From the NCBI GenBank assembly GCA_902612095.1, contig CACMBZ010000005.1, positions 274 to 64,273 of the forward strand: 64,000 bases of DNA. The letters run 5' to 3'. The notes beneath the pieces are model-generated. The model saw nothing but the letters and a program-made list of their open reading frames with translations, was not told the DNA's origin and ran no database searches. The translations under genes and the position numbers were made by a program. Shown in pieces: positions 49,861 to 59,389 of the stretch (positions are counted from its first letter, which is position 1; the number at the start of each line of letters is the position of its first letter). The DNA comes from an uncultured Pelagibacteraceae bacterium (GTDB lineage: Bacteria > Pseudomonadota > Alphaproteobacteria > Pelagibacterales > AG-422-B15).

Positions 49861-50217
49861 GCCAGATAATTGGATAACTGCTTGGCTTGATCAAGAGGAA
49901 AGTCCGGGCTCCACAAGGCAACAGTGCCGGGTAATACCCGGCGGAGGCAACTCTAGGGAAAGTGCCGCAGAAAATAAACCGCCCTAATTGAAATTTTAAG
50001 GGTAAGGGTGAAAAGGTGAGGTAAGAGCTCACCGCTTTTTTGGTAACAAAAAAGGCATGGTAAACCCCACTGGGAGCAAGATCAAATAGGGTTACATTGG
50101 CTTGTCTTGGCTGTAACCGGGTTGATCGCACGACTCAATTGGTAACAATTGGGCTAGATGAATAGTTATCGGTTTTATTTAAAAAAATTACAGAACCCGG
50201 CTTATAAATTATCTGGC
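49861..50217 (+). ncRNA. rnpB: RNase P RNA, bacterial type A
   Basis: P1 pairing gccagataatt...aattatctggc. Universally conserved GAGGAAAGTCCGGGCTCCA and ACAGAACCCGGCTTA (P4 strands). GGTAAGGGTGAAA and GGTAAACCCCAC modules. Confidence 0.93.
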
Positions 50218-50320
50218 AAAATTTATCATTTATTTTCAATAATTTATAAATATAGGCTAATGTATAAAATTAGTTAAATAATTGATTATAAAAGAAATAT
50301 CATAAATAGGTATAGACATT

Positions 50321-50370
50321 ACCCATATAATCCCATAGTATCCCAAGTAATCCCAATTTAACCCAAATGA
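50321..50370. promoter_or_regulatory. five 10-bp-phased NCCCA boxes (TGGGN on the opposite strand): candidate MraZ operator
   Basis: aCCCAtataa tCCCAtagta tCCCAagtaa tCCCAattta aCCCAaatga. CCCA at 50322, 50332, 50342, 50352 and 50362, ~50 nt upstream of the mraZ ATG. Confidence 0.55.
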
Positions 50371-50413
50371 GGTAATTTTGTTGATTATTTTAATAACTAA
50401 CTTTTTTTTAAAA

Positions 50414-50866
50414 ATGGCATTGTTTCTATCTACATACATCAATCGCATTGACAAAAAAGGTCGTGTTTCTGTTCCATCTTCTTTTAGAAGTGTCTTAGAA
50501 CAAAACGGATTGAAGGGCATGATTTGTTATCCTTCACCTACTCTTAAATCAATTGAAGGATGTACTGCTAATAGAATGCAAAAGATCAGTGATGCGATAG
50601 AAGCATCCGGTCCCTTCAGTGAAGAAAGAAATACTTTTTCAACTTCTATTTTTGCTGACAGCCATCAAATTCATTTTGATCAAGAAGGCAGAGTCATCAT
50701 ACCTGATGGACTAATCTATATTGCAGGTATTATTGACCAAGTTTCTTTCGTTGGTATGGGTGAAACATTTCAAATGTGGAATCCTGATTATTATGATTCT
50801 TTCAAAAAAGAAAAAAGTGATAATGCAAAAAATAATTTAGCAAATCTCAAATGGAAAAATGAATAA
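50414..50866 (+). CDS. mraZ: division/cell-wall cluster transcriptional regulator MraZ
   Basis: Track ORF starts at TTG 50378. I prefer ATG 50414 (MALFLSTYINRIDKKGRVSVPSSFR). Two SpoVT-AbrB/MraZ repeats, the second being HFDQEGRVIIPDGL. Confidence 0.9.
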   Translation: MALFLSTYINRIDKKGRVSVPSSFRSVLEQNGLKGMICYPSPTLKSIEGCTANRMQKISDAIEASGPFSEERNTFSTSIFADSHQIHFDQEGRVIIPDGLIYIAGIIDQVSFVGMGETFQMWNPDYYDSFKKEKSDNAKNNLANLKWKNE

Positions 50867-50891
50867 CTAATGAAAATAGGAGGATAATTTC

Positions 50892-52463
50892 ATGGTTTTA
50901 AATTTAAGTGTTCCAGAACTAAAAGAGCTTAAGCCAAAGATAACAGTATTTGGAGTCGGTGGTGCAGGCGGTAATGCAATTAACAATATGATTCAATCCG
51001 GATTATCGGGAGTTGAATTTGTTGCAGCCAATACAGATGCACAAGCTCTGTCCAAATCATTAAGTGACTCAAAAATGCAACTGGGTGTTCAGGTTACTAA
51101 GGGATTGGGAGCTGGCTCTCATCCTGATATCGGTAAATCCTCAGCCGATGAAACTAAACACGAAATAATGGAAAGACTTGAAGGCACAAACATGCTTTTC
51201 ATTACTGCCGGTATGGGCGGTGGCACTGGTACAGGTGCTGCTCCAGTGATAGCGCGTGTTGCTAGAGAATTGGGTATACTTACTGTAGCAGTTGTTACGA
51301 AGCCATTTCAATTTGAAGGCGCTGGAAGAATGAGAATTGCTGAGCAAGGGTTGAAAGAGTTAGAACATTTAGTAGATACAACAATTGTTATTCCAAACCA
51401 AAATTTATTTAAAGTTGCTGATGAAAAAACAACATTTGCCGATGCATTCTCAATGGCGGATGATGTTTTGCATGCAGGAGTAAGAAGTATTACAGATCTG
51501 ATGGTCGTACCGGGATTAATCAACTTAGACTTTGCTGATGTTAAGACAATCATGAATAATATGGGACGCGCAATGATGGGCACAGGTGAAGCGTCTGGCG
51601 ACAATAGAGCAATAGAATGTGCCCACAATGCAGTTACAAATCCACTACTTGATGATTACTCTTTGGACGGAGCTAAGGGATTATTGATCAATATAACTGG
51701 TGGAACTGACTTAACATTGCATGAGGTTGATAAAATTACAAATGAGATAAGAGAACAAGTTCATCCAGATGCAGACGTAATTGTTGGATCAATCTTTGAT
51801 GAAAATCTCGAGGGTAAAGCTAGAGTTTCTGTTGTTGCGACTGGTTTAGAACCTCATGACAAGCCATCAAAGAGAATAATTGATTTACAAGTAAATAATA
51901 GTTCAACAGTTTCATCAATTCCAGCAGCTCAAGTGAATGGAACAGGATCTATTCATGCTTCAGCTAATCAAGAAAATGAAATCCACAAAAATTCTGATCC
52001 ATACATGTACATGGATGGCTCAGATGAAAAAGATTCAGGGCCAATGAATGATGAAACAACAATTGTTGAAGAGGAAACTTCTGAACCGGAAATGATTGCT
52101 GAGCCTGTAGTTGAACCAGAGCCAATCGAAGAGCCAGAAATGGAAGTTGCTGAAGAAGAGGTAATTGCTGAGCCAGAAATGGAGTCAGAGCCAGTTTCTG
52201 AAGCAGAAATGATTGCTGAGCCTGTAGTTGAACCAGAGCCAATCGAAGAGGTGGCAATGGAGCGGGCAGAGTCTTCTCAAAGCATTATGGATTTAATACA
52301 TGCAAATAGGGAAAATTCAGATAGCGATTCACCTGACTTATTTAGTGACCAAAACGTGCATCAACTGGATGAAACACATAATTCTATTGAAGCCGACGAA
52401 GAATTAGAAACTGATCAAGATTTACTTGAAATTCCATCTTTCTTGAGAAGACAGAGTAAATGA
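50892..52463 (+). CDS. ftsZ: cell division protein FtsZ with long acidic E/P-rich linker
   Basis: 523 aa. [13 protein letters not shown] and the tubulin signature [20 protein letters not shown], and a C-terminal peptide [21 protein letters not shown]. Confidence 0.97.
   Translation: MVLNLSVPELKELKPKITVFGVGGAGGNAINNMIQSGLSGVEFVAANTDAQALSKSLSDSKMQLGVQVTKGLGAGSHPDIGKSSADETKHEIMERLEGTNMLFITAGMGGGTGTGAAPVIARVARELGILTVAVVTKPFQFEGAGRMRIAEQGLKELEHLVDTTIVIPNQNLFKVADEKTTFADAFSMADDVLHAGVRSITDLMVVPGLINLDFADVKTIMNNMGRAMMGTGEASGDNRAIECAHNAVTNPLLDDYSLDGAKGLLINITGGTDLTLHEVDKITNEIREQVHPDADVIVGSIFDENLEGKARVSVVATGLEPHDKPSKRIIDLQVNNSSTVSSIPAAQVNGTGSIHASANQENEIHKNSDPYMYMDGSDEKDSGPMNDETTIVEEETSEPEMIAEPVVEPEPIEEPEMEVAEEEVIAEPEMESEPVSEAEMIAEPVVEPEPIEEVAMERAESSQSIMDLIHANRENSDSDSPDLFSDQNVHQLDETHNSIEADEELETDQDLLEIPSFLRRQSK
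52089..52250 (+). repeat. perfect 45-bp direct repeat (52089-52133 and 52206-52250, offset 117 nt) inside the ftsZ linker
   Basis: gaaatgattgctgagcctgtagttgaaccagagccaatcgaagag occurs twice in frame, encoding [15 protein letters not shown]. Confidence 0.9.
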
Positions 52464-53380
52464 CAAATAAAGAACTTGGCCACAGGCCAGTTCTTATTGA
52501 AGAGGTTATTGAACAATTAGGGCCAAAAGATAATGAAACATACATCGATGCAACATTTGGATATGGAGGATACACAGAGAGAATCCTTCAAAGCTGTGAA
52601 TGCAAAGTCATTGCAATCGACAGAGATCCAACAGTCAAAAAACAAGCTGAAAGATTTAAAAAAAAATATGGCAGTCGGTTTTCTTTTGTACATTCTAAAT
52701 TTAGTCAGATTGATAAAATTTCCAAAGAAACAAAAGAAAAAGAAATTAACGGTTTCGTATTTGATATAGGAGTTTCATCAATGCAACTAGATGATGCAAA
52801 TAGAGGGTTTTCATTCATGCAAGATGGCCCCCTAGATATGAGAATGAGTCAGGATGGCCATACAGCTTCAGACTTAATAAATAAGAAGGACAAAGATGAG
52901 CTTGCTGATATCATCTATCATTACGGAGATGAGAGAAATTCAAGAAAAATTGCAAGAAATATAGAGAAGCACAGAACTCAAAAAAAAATTGAGAGTACGG
53001 TCGAGCTTGCAGAAATAATTAAAAAATCGTTTCCTTCAAAATATTACAAAAAACATCCTGCAACGAAAACATTCCAGGCTATTAGAATTTTTATTAATAA
53101 TGAAATACAAGAGCTTCATGCTGGTCTCAACCAAGCTTTTAATTTACTAAGAGCAAATGGAAAGATATGCGTGGTCACATTTCATTCAATTGAGGATAGG
53201 CTGGTAAAGAATTTTACAAATAAAGTTTGTTTAAGAAATAAAAAGACCAAATTAATAAAACCAACTTCCAAGGAAATACTTAGTAATCCAAGGTCTCGTT
53301 CAGCAAAGCTTAGAGTCATTAAGCGTGAGCGATTAAACTTTAATGATATTCCGATATCTGAGTTAGGATTTGAATTATGA
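52460..53380 (+). CDS. rsmH: 16S rRNA (cytosine1402-N4)-methyltransferase
   Basis: 306 aa. [25 protein letters not shown]-like [11 protein letters not shown], and SFHSLEDR-like TFHSIEDR. Confidence 0.95.
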   Translation: MTNKELGHRPVLIEEVIEQLGPKDNETYIDATFGYGGYTERILQSCECKVIAIDRDPTVKKQAERFKKKYGSRFSFVHSKFSQIDKISKETKEKEINGFVFDIGVSSMQLDDANRGFSFMQDGPLDMRMSQDGHTASDLINKKDKDELADIIYHYGDERNSRKIARNIEKHRTQKKIESTVELAEIIKKSFPSKYYKKHPATKTFQAIRIFINNEIQELHAGLNQAFNLLRANGKICVVTFHSIEDRLVKNFTNKVCLRNKKTKLIKPTSKEILSNPRSRSAKLRVIKRERLNFNDIPISELGFEL

Positions 53381-53721
53381 TAAGTGCTTTCTTTAAAATA
53401 TTGTCGGTTGCTGTTTTGTTAACCGGATTAATTGCAATTATGGTTATAAAAAACATTTCAGCCGAAAAACAAAAGTATATTAATGAACTTGAATTAACAC
53501 TTCGAGAAGAACAAAAGATAAATGAGCTTTATAAAATTGAATGGGACCATTTGGTTTCGCCCATGAATATTAAAAAAATTTCAGAAATGATTATTACTAA
53601 TGATTACGAAAAGTATTTTGTTGTATTAGATAATGAAGATATTGAAGAAAATAATGAATTATTTAATGATGTCATTGAAGTTTATGATACATCAACAATT
53701 AATCAAAATTTGGCAAGGTAA
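53377..53721 (+). CDS. FtsL-like small bitopic cell-division protein
   Basis: 114 aa. One N-terminal TM helix then a coiled-coil segment. The position between rsmH and ftsI is the main evidence. Confidence 0.55.
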   Translation: MISAFFKILSVAVLLTGLIAIMVIKNISAEKQKYINELELTLREEQKINELYKIEWDHLVSPMNIKKISEMIITNDYEKYFVVLDNEDIEENNELFNDVIEVYDTSTINQNLAR

Positions 53722-53726
53722 ATTCC

Positions 53727-55502
53727 GTGAAAAAAAAGCGGAACACTGGCCGAAAGAAAATTGATATATATCAAAAAAGTTTTTCGTTTACACATAGATA
53801 CAATAAAGAAAAATTTGCTTTTGAAAGATTAAAATCTTTAAAGAATAATTTTGCCCTTAAAATAAATAATCGTTTAATATTGTCAGCGATTGTTTTTAGC
53901 AGTTTGTTTTTGGCAGTAACAATCAAGATGATAGAAATTAATTTACTTTACACTGAAAAGGGAAATTATTTTGTTGAGAATGTTGAGACAAAAAGGGGAA
54001 ATATTCTAGATAGAAATAATACCTCTCTTACAGCTAATTTATTAACATCCCATATATCTGTAAATCCAAAAGCTGTATACGATAAGAAAAAATTTATTAA
54101 TAAAGTCTCAGCAATAAATAATAGGTTTTCCGCAACTGATCTTGATAAATTGGTATCTGAAAAAAAATTCTTTTGGCTTGATCGCAATGTTGAACCCTTA
54201 GAATTACAAAAGTATATAGATTTAGGTGAAACTGGAATTGAATTCAGAGATGCTTATAAAAGAAAATATCTTCACAGTGAACTTTATAGTCATTTAGTTG
54301 GAAAAGTTGATATTGATAATACAGGCGTATCTGGACTAGAAAAATCTTTTAATAAGCTTCTTCAAAATGAAGAAAATAATGATTTGATATTATCTTTAGA
54401 TACAAGAATACAACACATTGTTCGTGATGAAATATTATCTGCTATGAAACTATATAAAGCAACTGGTGGTTCAGGGCTCATAATGAATGTCAATAATGGA
54501 GAAATCCTTGCCATGACATCGCTTCCAGATTTTGATCCCAATACTAAAAATGCGAATGACAATGATAAGTTCAACAAAAACACATTAGGCGTATATGAGT
54601 TTGGTTCAGTGATGAAAATATTTACTGCAGCAATGGGAATTGAGGAAAAAATCTTTCAGCCAAATACAAAGTACGAGATTGAAAATCACATTTATATTGG
54701 AAAGCACCGTGTAGAGGATGTTCACAGGCCTTGTGAGATAAAAATGTGTTCTGTTGAAGAAATATTTGTTGAGTCATCAAATATTGGAACGATTAAAATG
54801 ATTAGAGATATTGGTAAAGAATTACAGCAAGAATATTTGTCTCAACTTGGATTACTTCGTCAAGTAAATATTGGAATACCAGAAAAAGCAATTCCAATTG
54901 TTCCTGACCCATGGAGAACAGTTAATACAGAGTCAATCTCTTACGGTTATGGCCTTTCAGTATCACCATTGCATTTGGCTGTAGCTACATCAGCTGTAGT
55001 AAATGGAGGATATCTAATTAAGCCATCTCTTACAAAATTAGGAGATGATAAACGATATGAAAATCAGATTTTTTCAGAAGAGACCAGTGAAATTATGCGT
55101 TACCTATTAAGCCAAGTTGTCGCAAAAGGGACTGCCAAAGAAGCCTTTAACAAGGATGCTGATAAAGCATACACAGAAGATGGTAAGTTCAAATATTTAG
55201 TTGGTGGTAAGACAGGCACATCTCACAAGATAGACAAAAAATCCTACACAAGAGAAAAGCTAACTACTTTTATATCAGTACTACCCATACACAAGCCAAA
55301 GTATGTAGTTCTTATTTCATTAGACGACCCGAAAGGGATTAATAGAGAATATGGGGAACCATATAATACTTGGAATTGGAGTGATGCTGGGTGGAATGCG
55401 GCAAGAGTTTCAAGACAAATTATTGATAGAGTAAGTCCTATTTTGGACATAAAGGCAAGATACATACCTAATGAAAACATGCTCATTAATACCTCTCTTT
55501 AA
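53727..55502 (+). CDS. ftsI: penicillin-binding protein 3 / peptidoglycan D,D-transpeptidase FtsI
   Basis: 591 aa with a GTG start. TM anchor, PBP dimerisation domain, a transpeptidase S-x-x-K candidate (GSVMK), the SSN motif (ESSNIG) and KTG (GGKTGTS). Confidence 0.9.
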   Translation: MKKKRNTGRKKIDIYQKSFSFTHRYNKEKFAFERLKSLKNNFALKINNRLILSAIVFSSLFLAVTIKMIEINLLYTEKGNYFVENVETKRGNILDRNNTSLTANLLTSHISVNPKAVYDKKKFINKVSAINNRFSATDLDKLVSEKKFFWLDRNVEPLELQKYIDLGETGIEFRDAYKRKYLHSELYSHLVGKVDIDNTGVSGLEKSFNKLLQNEENNDLILSLDTRIQHIVRDEILSAMKLYKATGGSGLIMNVNNGEILAMTSLPDFDPNTKNANDNDKFNKNTLGVYEFGSVMKIFTAAMGIEEKIFQPNTKYEIENHIYIGKHRVEDVHRPCEIKMCSVEEIFVESSNIGTIKMIRDIGKELQQEYLSQLGLLRQVNIGIPEKAIPIVPDPWRTVNTESISYGYGLSVSPLHLAVATSAVVNGGYLIKPSLTKLGDDKRYENQIFSEETSEIMRYLLSQVVAKGTAKEAFNKDADKAYTEDGKFKYLVGGKTGTSHKIDKKSYTREKLTTFISVLPIHKPKYVVLISLDDPKGINREYGEPYNTWNWSDAGWNAARVSRQIIDRVSPILDIKARYIPNENMLINTSL

Positions 55503-55505
55503 TAA

Positions 55506-56939
55506 ATGCCAAATCACTCCCTTCTAGAAGAAATTAAATCAAAGAAGATAAAATTTAATGGAGTCTCATCAGACTCGAGAACGATAAAAAAAGGAAATAT
55601 TTTTTTTGCAATCCCAGGAAATGAAATAGATGGATCTAGGTTCATCAATCAAGCAATTAAAAAGGGTGCTGCAGCTATTGTTGTTCCATCATATAGTAAA
55701 AAAAGATATCCCAAGAATACGATAGTGATAAAGGCTAAAGATATTAGAAAATCACTATCGCTATTAGCATTTGAAATAAACAAAAACAATATTGAAACAA
55801 AAATTGCAATAACTGGAACTAACGGAAAAACATCTGTTGCATATTTTTTAAGTTACTTACTGAGAATTTCAGGAAAGAGTGTAGCTACTATAGGTACTTT
55901 AGGAAACTCTGTATTAAAGAGAAATAAATATAAACTTACTTCACCCGAACCGATTGATCTTTCAAATCAATTAAAAAAGATAGGTCAAAAAAAAATAAAA
56001 TATTTAGTTATGGAAGCATCAAGTCATGGCTTACATCAAAGCAGATTTTATGGAATGAATTTTGATGTTTGTGCATTAACAAATATATCACATGATCACC
56101 TTGATTATCATAAAACTATAAATAATTACATAAAAAGTAAAATGATCCTTTTCAAAGATTATATACATAAAGATAGTAAATTAATTATTAATTCAAAAAC
56201 GAAATACATTAAAAAAATAAGATCAATTTTAAAAAAAAATAAAACTGTTAAGCCATTATATTTTCAAGCAAATAGAAATTATAAAATTATAAAAATTCTC
56301 AAAAAAAATGATATTCAATATGTAAAAGCAATAGTGGGCAGCAAGCGAATTCTTTTAAAGTTTAAAAATTTTCCAAATTTTCAGATAGAAAATTTTATAT
56401 TTGCAGTTTCAATTTTGAATTTAATTGGATTTGATCCTGGAAAGCTATCAAAAAGCAGTCTTAATTGCCCTTCAGTATTAGGAAGAATGGAATATGTTGG
56501 AAGAACAAAAACAGGTGGAAAAGTTTATGTTGATTTTGCACACACGCCTGATGCTCTTAAAAATTCAATTGTAGAGTCAAAAAAGTTAGAGATATCAAAC
56601 GTACATGTTTTATTTGGTTGCGGTGGAAATAGAGATAGAAAAAAAAGACCCCTAATGGGTAAAATAGCTTCAAAATACGCTGATAAAGCAACAGTCACAG
56701 ATGATAATCCAAGATATGAAAATCCAGCAAGGATTAGAGAGGAAGTGATTGGAAATTTAAAAAACATATCTGAAGTTGGTAATAGAAAACTAGCCATAAA
56801 AAAAGCTATTAGCGAATTAAAAAGAGGCGATCTGCTTCTTATTGCCGGCAAAGGTCACGAAAAATTTCAATCCATCATGGGAAAAAATTTTCCTTTTGAT
56901 GATGTAAAAATTGCTGAAAAATATTTACAAAAAAAATGA
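55506..56939 (+). CDS. murE: UDP-N-acetylmuramoyl-L-alanyl-D-glutamate--2,6-diaminopimelate ligase
   Basis: 477 aa. GTNGKTS P-loop, the mur-ligase EASSHGL, and a DNPR motif (TDDNPRYENP) consistent with mDAP-type MurE. Confidence 0.92.
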   Translation: MPNHSLLEEIKSKKIKFNGVSSDSRTIKKGNIFFAIPGNEIDGSRFINQAIKKGAAAIVVPSYSKKRYPKNTIVIKAKDIRKSLSLLAFEINKNNIETKIAITGTNGKTSVAYFLSYLLRISGKSVATIGTLGNSVLKRNKYKLTSPEPIDLSNQLKKIGQKKIKYLVMEASSHGLHQSRFYGMNFDVCALTNISHDHLDYHKTINNYIKSKMILFKDYIHKDSKLIINSKTKYIKKIRSILKKNKTVKPLYFQANRNYKIIKILKKNDIQYVKAIVGSKRILLKFKNFPNFQIENFIFAVSILNLIGFDPGKLSKSSLNCPSVLGRMEYVGRTKTGGKVYVDFAHTPDALKNSIVESKKLEISNVHVLFGCGGNRDRKKRPLMGKIASKYADKATVTDDNPRYENPARIREEVIGNLKNISEVGNRKLAIKKAISELKRGDLLLIAGKGHEKFQSIMGKNFPFDDVKIAEKYLQKK

Positions 56940-58300
56940 AAAAATTCATTACAACTACTGAAATAAACGAATTATTTGGGACCAATATTGTTTGTAAAAG
57001 AATAACTGGCGCATCTATCGACACACGGTCATTAAGAAAAGGTAATATTTTTTTTGCAATTAAAGGCTTAAATACAGATGGCAATAAATATTTAGTAGAA
57101 GCAGAAAAAAAAGGTGCATCTATTGCTTTTGTTCATAAAAAAGTAGGAGGCATAAAAATACCTCAAATTAATGTTAAAGATACGTCTAAAGCACTCCTTA
57201 AGCTCGCAACAAAGTACAGAGCGCAGCTAAAAACACAAATTGTGGGTATTACAGGTAGTATTGGGAAGACTGGGACAAAGGATGCAATAAATTATTTGCT
57301 TAGAAATGAGGAAGATGTTTTCTGTTCGCGTAAATCATTTAACAATCAATATGGCCTGCCTCTCGAATTACTAAATATGCCACGGTATACGAAGTACGGA
57401 TTTTTTGAAATAGGCATGAATCATTCAGGAGAAATAAAAAGATTAGTAAAGGTATTGCAGCCACAAACAGCTATTATTTTAAATGTTGAAAATGTTCATC
57501 TTGGTAATTTTAAATCTTTAAAAGAAATTGCATTAGCAAAATCAGAAATATTCACTTCAACAAAAAGTATTGAAAACTTAATTATTAATAGAAATTCTAA
57601 TTTTTATAAATTGCTATATATGTTATTCAAAAAATCAAAGATCTGTACTTGCTTAGACATTGGAAAAGTTAAATCATCAAAAGTATATCTTAAAAAAGAG
57701 ACAAATATTACGAATATTATTAAATACCAAGTAATTATGCCTGATGCCAGTAAACTTGATTTTACTCTAAGAAAAAATCAAAAAAATCTTATTTTTAATG
57801 TATTAGCCATTATTACTTGCTTTTATATGCTAGGTTTAAATTTAAAACTAATCAATCAATTCAAAAATGTTCCTTTTACCGAAGGAAGAGGCAAAATACT
57901 AAAATCAAAATATAAGGGAAATAAATTAGAAGTACATGACCATTCTTATAATGCTAGCCCTGTTTCTATGAGAGACACAATCGATATTTTTAATAAGTTT
58001 AAAAATAAACATTTAGTTTATGTCATAGGTGATATGAATGAGCTTGGAAATAAATCTAAAAAATTTCATATGGATTTAATTAAATATCTAATACTGATTA
58101 AGGCTAAAAAAGTAATTTTTGTTGGATCAAAACTTTACTCGCTTAGAAAAAGATACAAAAGACTTCAGTTTGAATATTATGAGAATGTAGATAATGTTAT
58201 AAGTAATGCAGAAAAAATATTTAATAGGAATAGCAAGGTATTTCTAAAAGGTTCAAATTCAATCAATTTACGAAAGTTGTCAAATCATTTAATAAGTTAA
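56936..58300 (+). CDS. murF: UDP-N-acetylmuramoyl-tripeptide--D-alanyl-D-alanine ligase
   Basis: 454 aa. GITGSIGKTGTK P-loop, EIGMNHSGEI and DHSYNASP motifs. Position after murE. Confidence 0.9.
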   Translation: MKKFITTTEINELFGTNIVCKRITGASIDTRSLRKGNIFFAIKGLNTDGNKYLVEAEKKGASIAFVHKKVGGIKIPQINVKDTSKALLKLATKYRAQLKTQIVGITGSIGKTGTKDAINYLLRNEEDVFCSRKSFNNQYGLPLELLNMPRYTKYGFFEIGMNHSGEIKRLVKVLQPQTAIILNVENVHLGNFKSLKEIALAKSEIFTSTKSIENLIINRNSNFYKLLYMLFKKSKICTCLDIGKVKSSKVYLKKETNITNIIKYQVIMPDASKLDFTLRKNQKNLIFNVLAIITCFYMLGLNLKLINQFKNVPFTEGRGKILKSKYKGNKLEVHDHSYNASPVSMRDTIDIFNKFKNKHLVYVIGDMNELGNKSKKFHMDLIKYLILIKAKKVIFVGSKLYSLRKRYKRLQFEYYENVDNVISNAEKIFNRNSKVFLKGSNSINLRKLSNHLIS

Positions 58301-58302
58301 CT

Positions 58303-59385
58303 ATGATCTTATATTTAATTGAGTATTTAAATCTTGGTGCCCTAAATAATTTTTTAAATTATTTAACAGTTAGAACAGGTCTGGCGTTGTTTACTTCATT
58401 TTTTTTTATTCTCTTTTTTGGCCCATTTTTAATTAAAAGAATTGGATCATACCAATCAATTGGTCAGCCTATTAGAGAAGACGGCCCTGAGTCTCACTTA
58501 GTAGCTAAAAAAGGGACTCCAACAATGGGAGGAATTATAATTTTGATTTCTATAGTTGGATCAATGATTCTATGGGTCAATCCTGAAAGCTATATATCTT
58601 GGCCAATTATATTCCTTCTAATATCTTTTGGATTGGTTGGTTTTGCAGATGATTTTAGTAAAGTTAAGAAAAAATCAAGTAATGGAATTTCTGCAAAAAT
58701 AAGAATCTTTTTTCAAATAATAATATCGATGATATTTATTTATTGGATAACAACTTATAATGAAATTGATATTCAGTTATTATCCTTACCTTTTCTCAAG
58801 GATATATTTCTAAACTTAGGTTTATTTTCAATTCCATTCGTTATATTGGTAATTCTAGGATCAGCAAATGCGGTTAATCTTACAGACGGTCTTGATGGGC
58901 TAGCAATTGTTCCTATTATGATTGTCTCTGCGACTTTTGCTGTGATCTGCTACTTGGCAGGAAATATGATTTTTTCGAATTATCTTTACATTAATTATTT
59001 ACCTGGAGCAGGTGAATTAACCGTGCTTTGTGCAGCCATAATTGGATCCGCTCTTGGCTTTTTATGGTACAACGCGCCTCCTGCAATGGTCTTTATGGGC
59101 GATACAGGCTCTTTATCATTAGGTGCTGCATTGGGGGGTATAAGTGTTCTAACCAAGCAAGAAATTGTATTAGCAATAGTTGGAGGAATATTCGTCGCGG
59201 AAGCGGTTTCAGTAATTCTTCAGGTTGGATCATATAAGTTAACCGGCAAACGAATATTCAAAATGGCTCCCTTACACCATCATTTTGAGAAGAATGGTAT
59301 TGCAGAGTCAAAAATAGTAATTCGTTTTTGGATAATCGCTTTAATTCTTGCTTTGATTGGACTCGCAACACTTAAGATTAGGTAA
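58303..59385 (+). CDS. mraY: phospho-N-acetylmuramoyl-pentapeptide transferase
   Basis: 360 aa. KKGTPTMGG, NAVNLTDGLDGLA, FMGDTGSLSLG and APLHHHFE motifs. Confidence 0.97.
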   Translation: MILYLIEYLNLGALNNFLNYLTVRTGLALFTSFFFILFFGPFLIKRIGSYQSIGQPIREDGPESHLVAKKGTPTMGGIIILISIVGSMILWVNPESYISWPIIFLLISFGLVGFADDFSKVKKKSSNGISAKIRIFFQIIISMIFIYWITTYNEIDIQLLSLPFLKDIFLNLGLFSIPFVILVILGSANAVNLTDGLDGLAIVPIMIVSATFAVICYLAGNMIFSNYLYINYLPGAGELTVLCAAIIGSALGFLWYNAPPAMVFMGDTGSLSLGAALGGISVLTKQEIVLAIVGGIFVAEAVSVILQVGSYKLTGKRIFKMAPLHHHFEKNGIAESKIVIRFWIIALILALIGLATLKIR

Positions 59386-59389
59386 CTAA

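Noticed and set aside
49814-50131. 105-aa minus-strand ORF
   Set aside because: It lies entirely over the RNase P RNA gene, whose conserved P4 and other motifs explain the sequence. The locally higher GC of the structured RNA creates a spurious open frame.
50257-50520. 87-aa minus-strand ORF spanning the mraZ upstream region
   Set aside because: It overlaps the phased CCCA boxes and the mraZ 5' end. The translation is AT-rich, and the region is better explained as regulatory DNA.
51964-52257. 97-aa minus-strand ORF, and the idea that the repeats at 52089-52250 could be a mini CRISPR array
   Set aside because: The repeats are in frame within the FtsZ linker. There are only two copies, the intervening sequence is related to them, and there is no leader or cas gene. 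The minus ORF is the antisense of the repetitive linker.
52533-52769. 78-aa plus-strand alternative-frame ORF inside rsmH
   Set aside because: It overlaps a well-supported rsmH reading frame and has a K-rich low-complexity translation.
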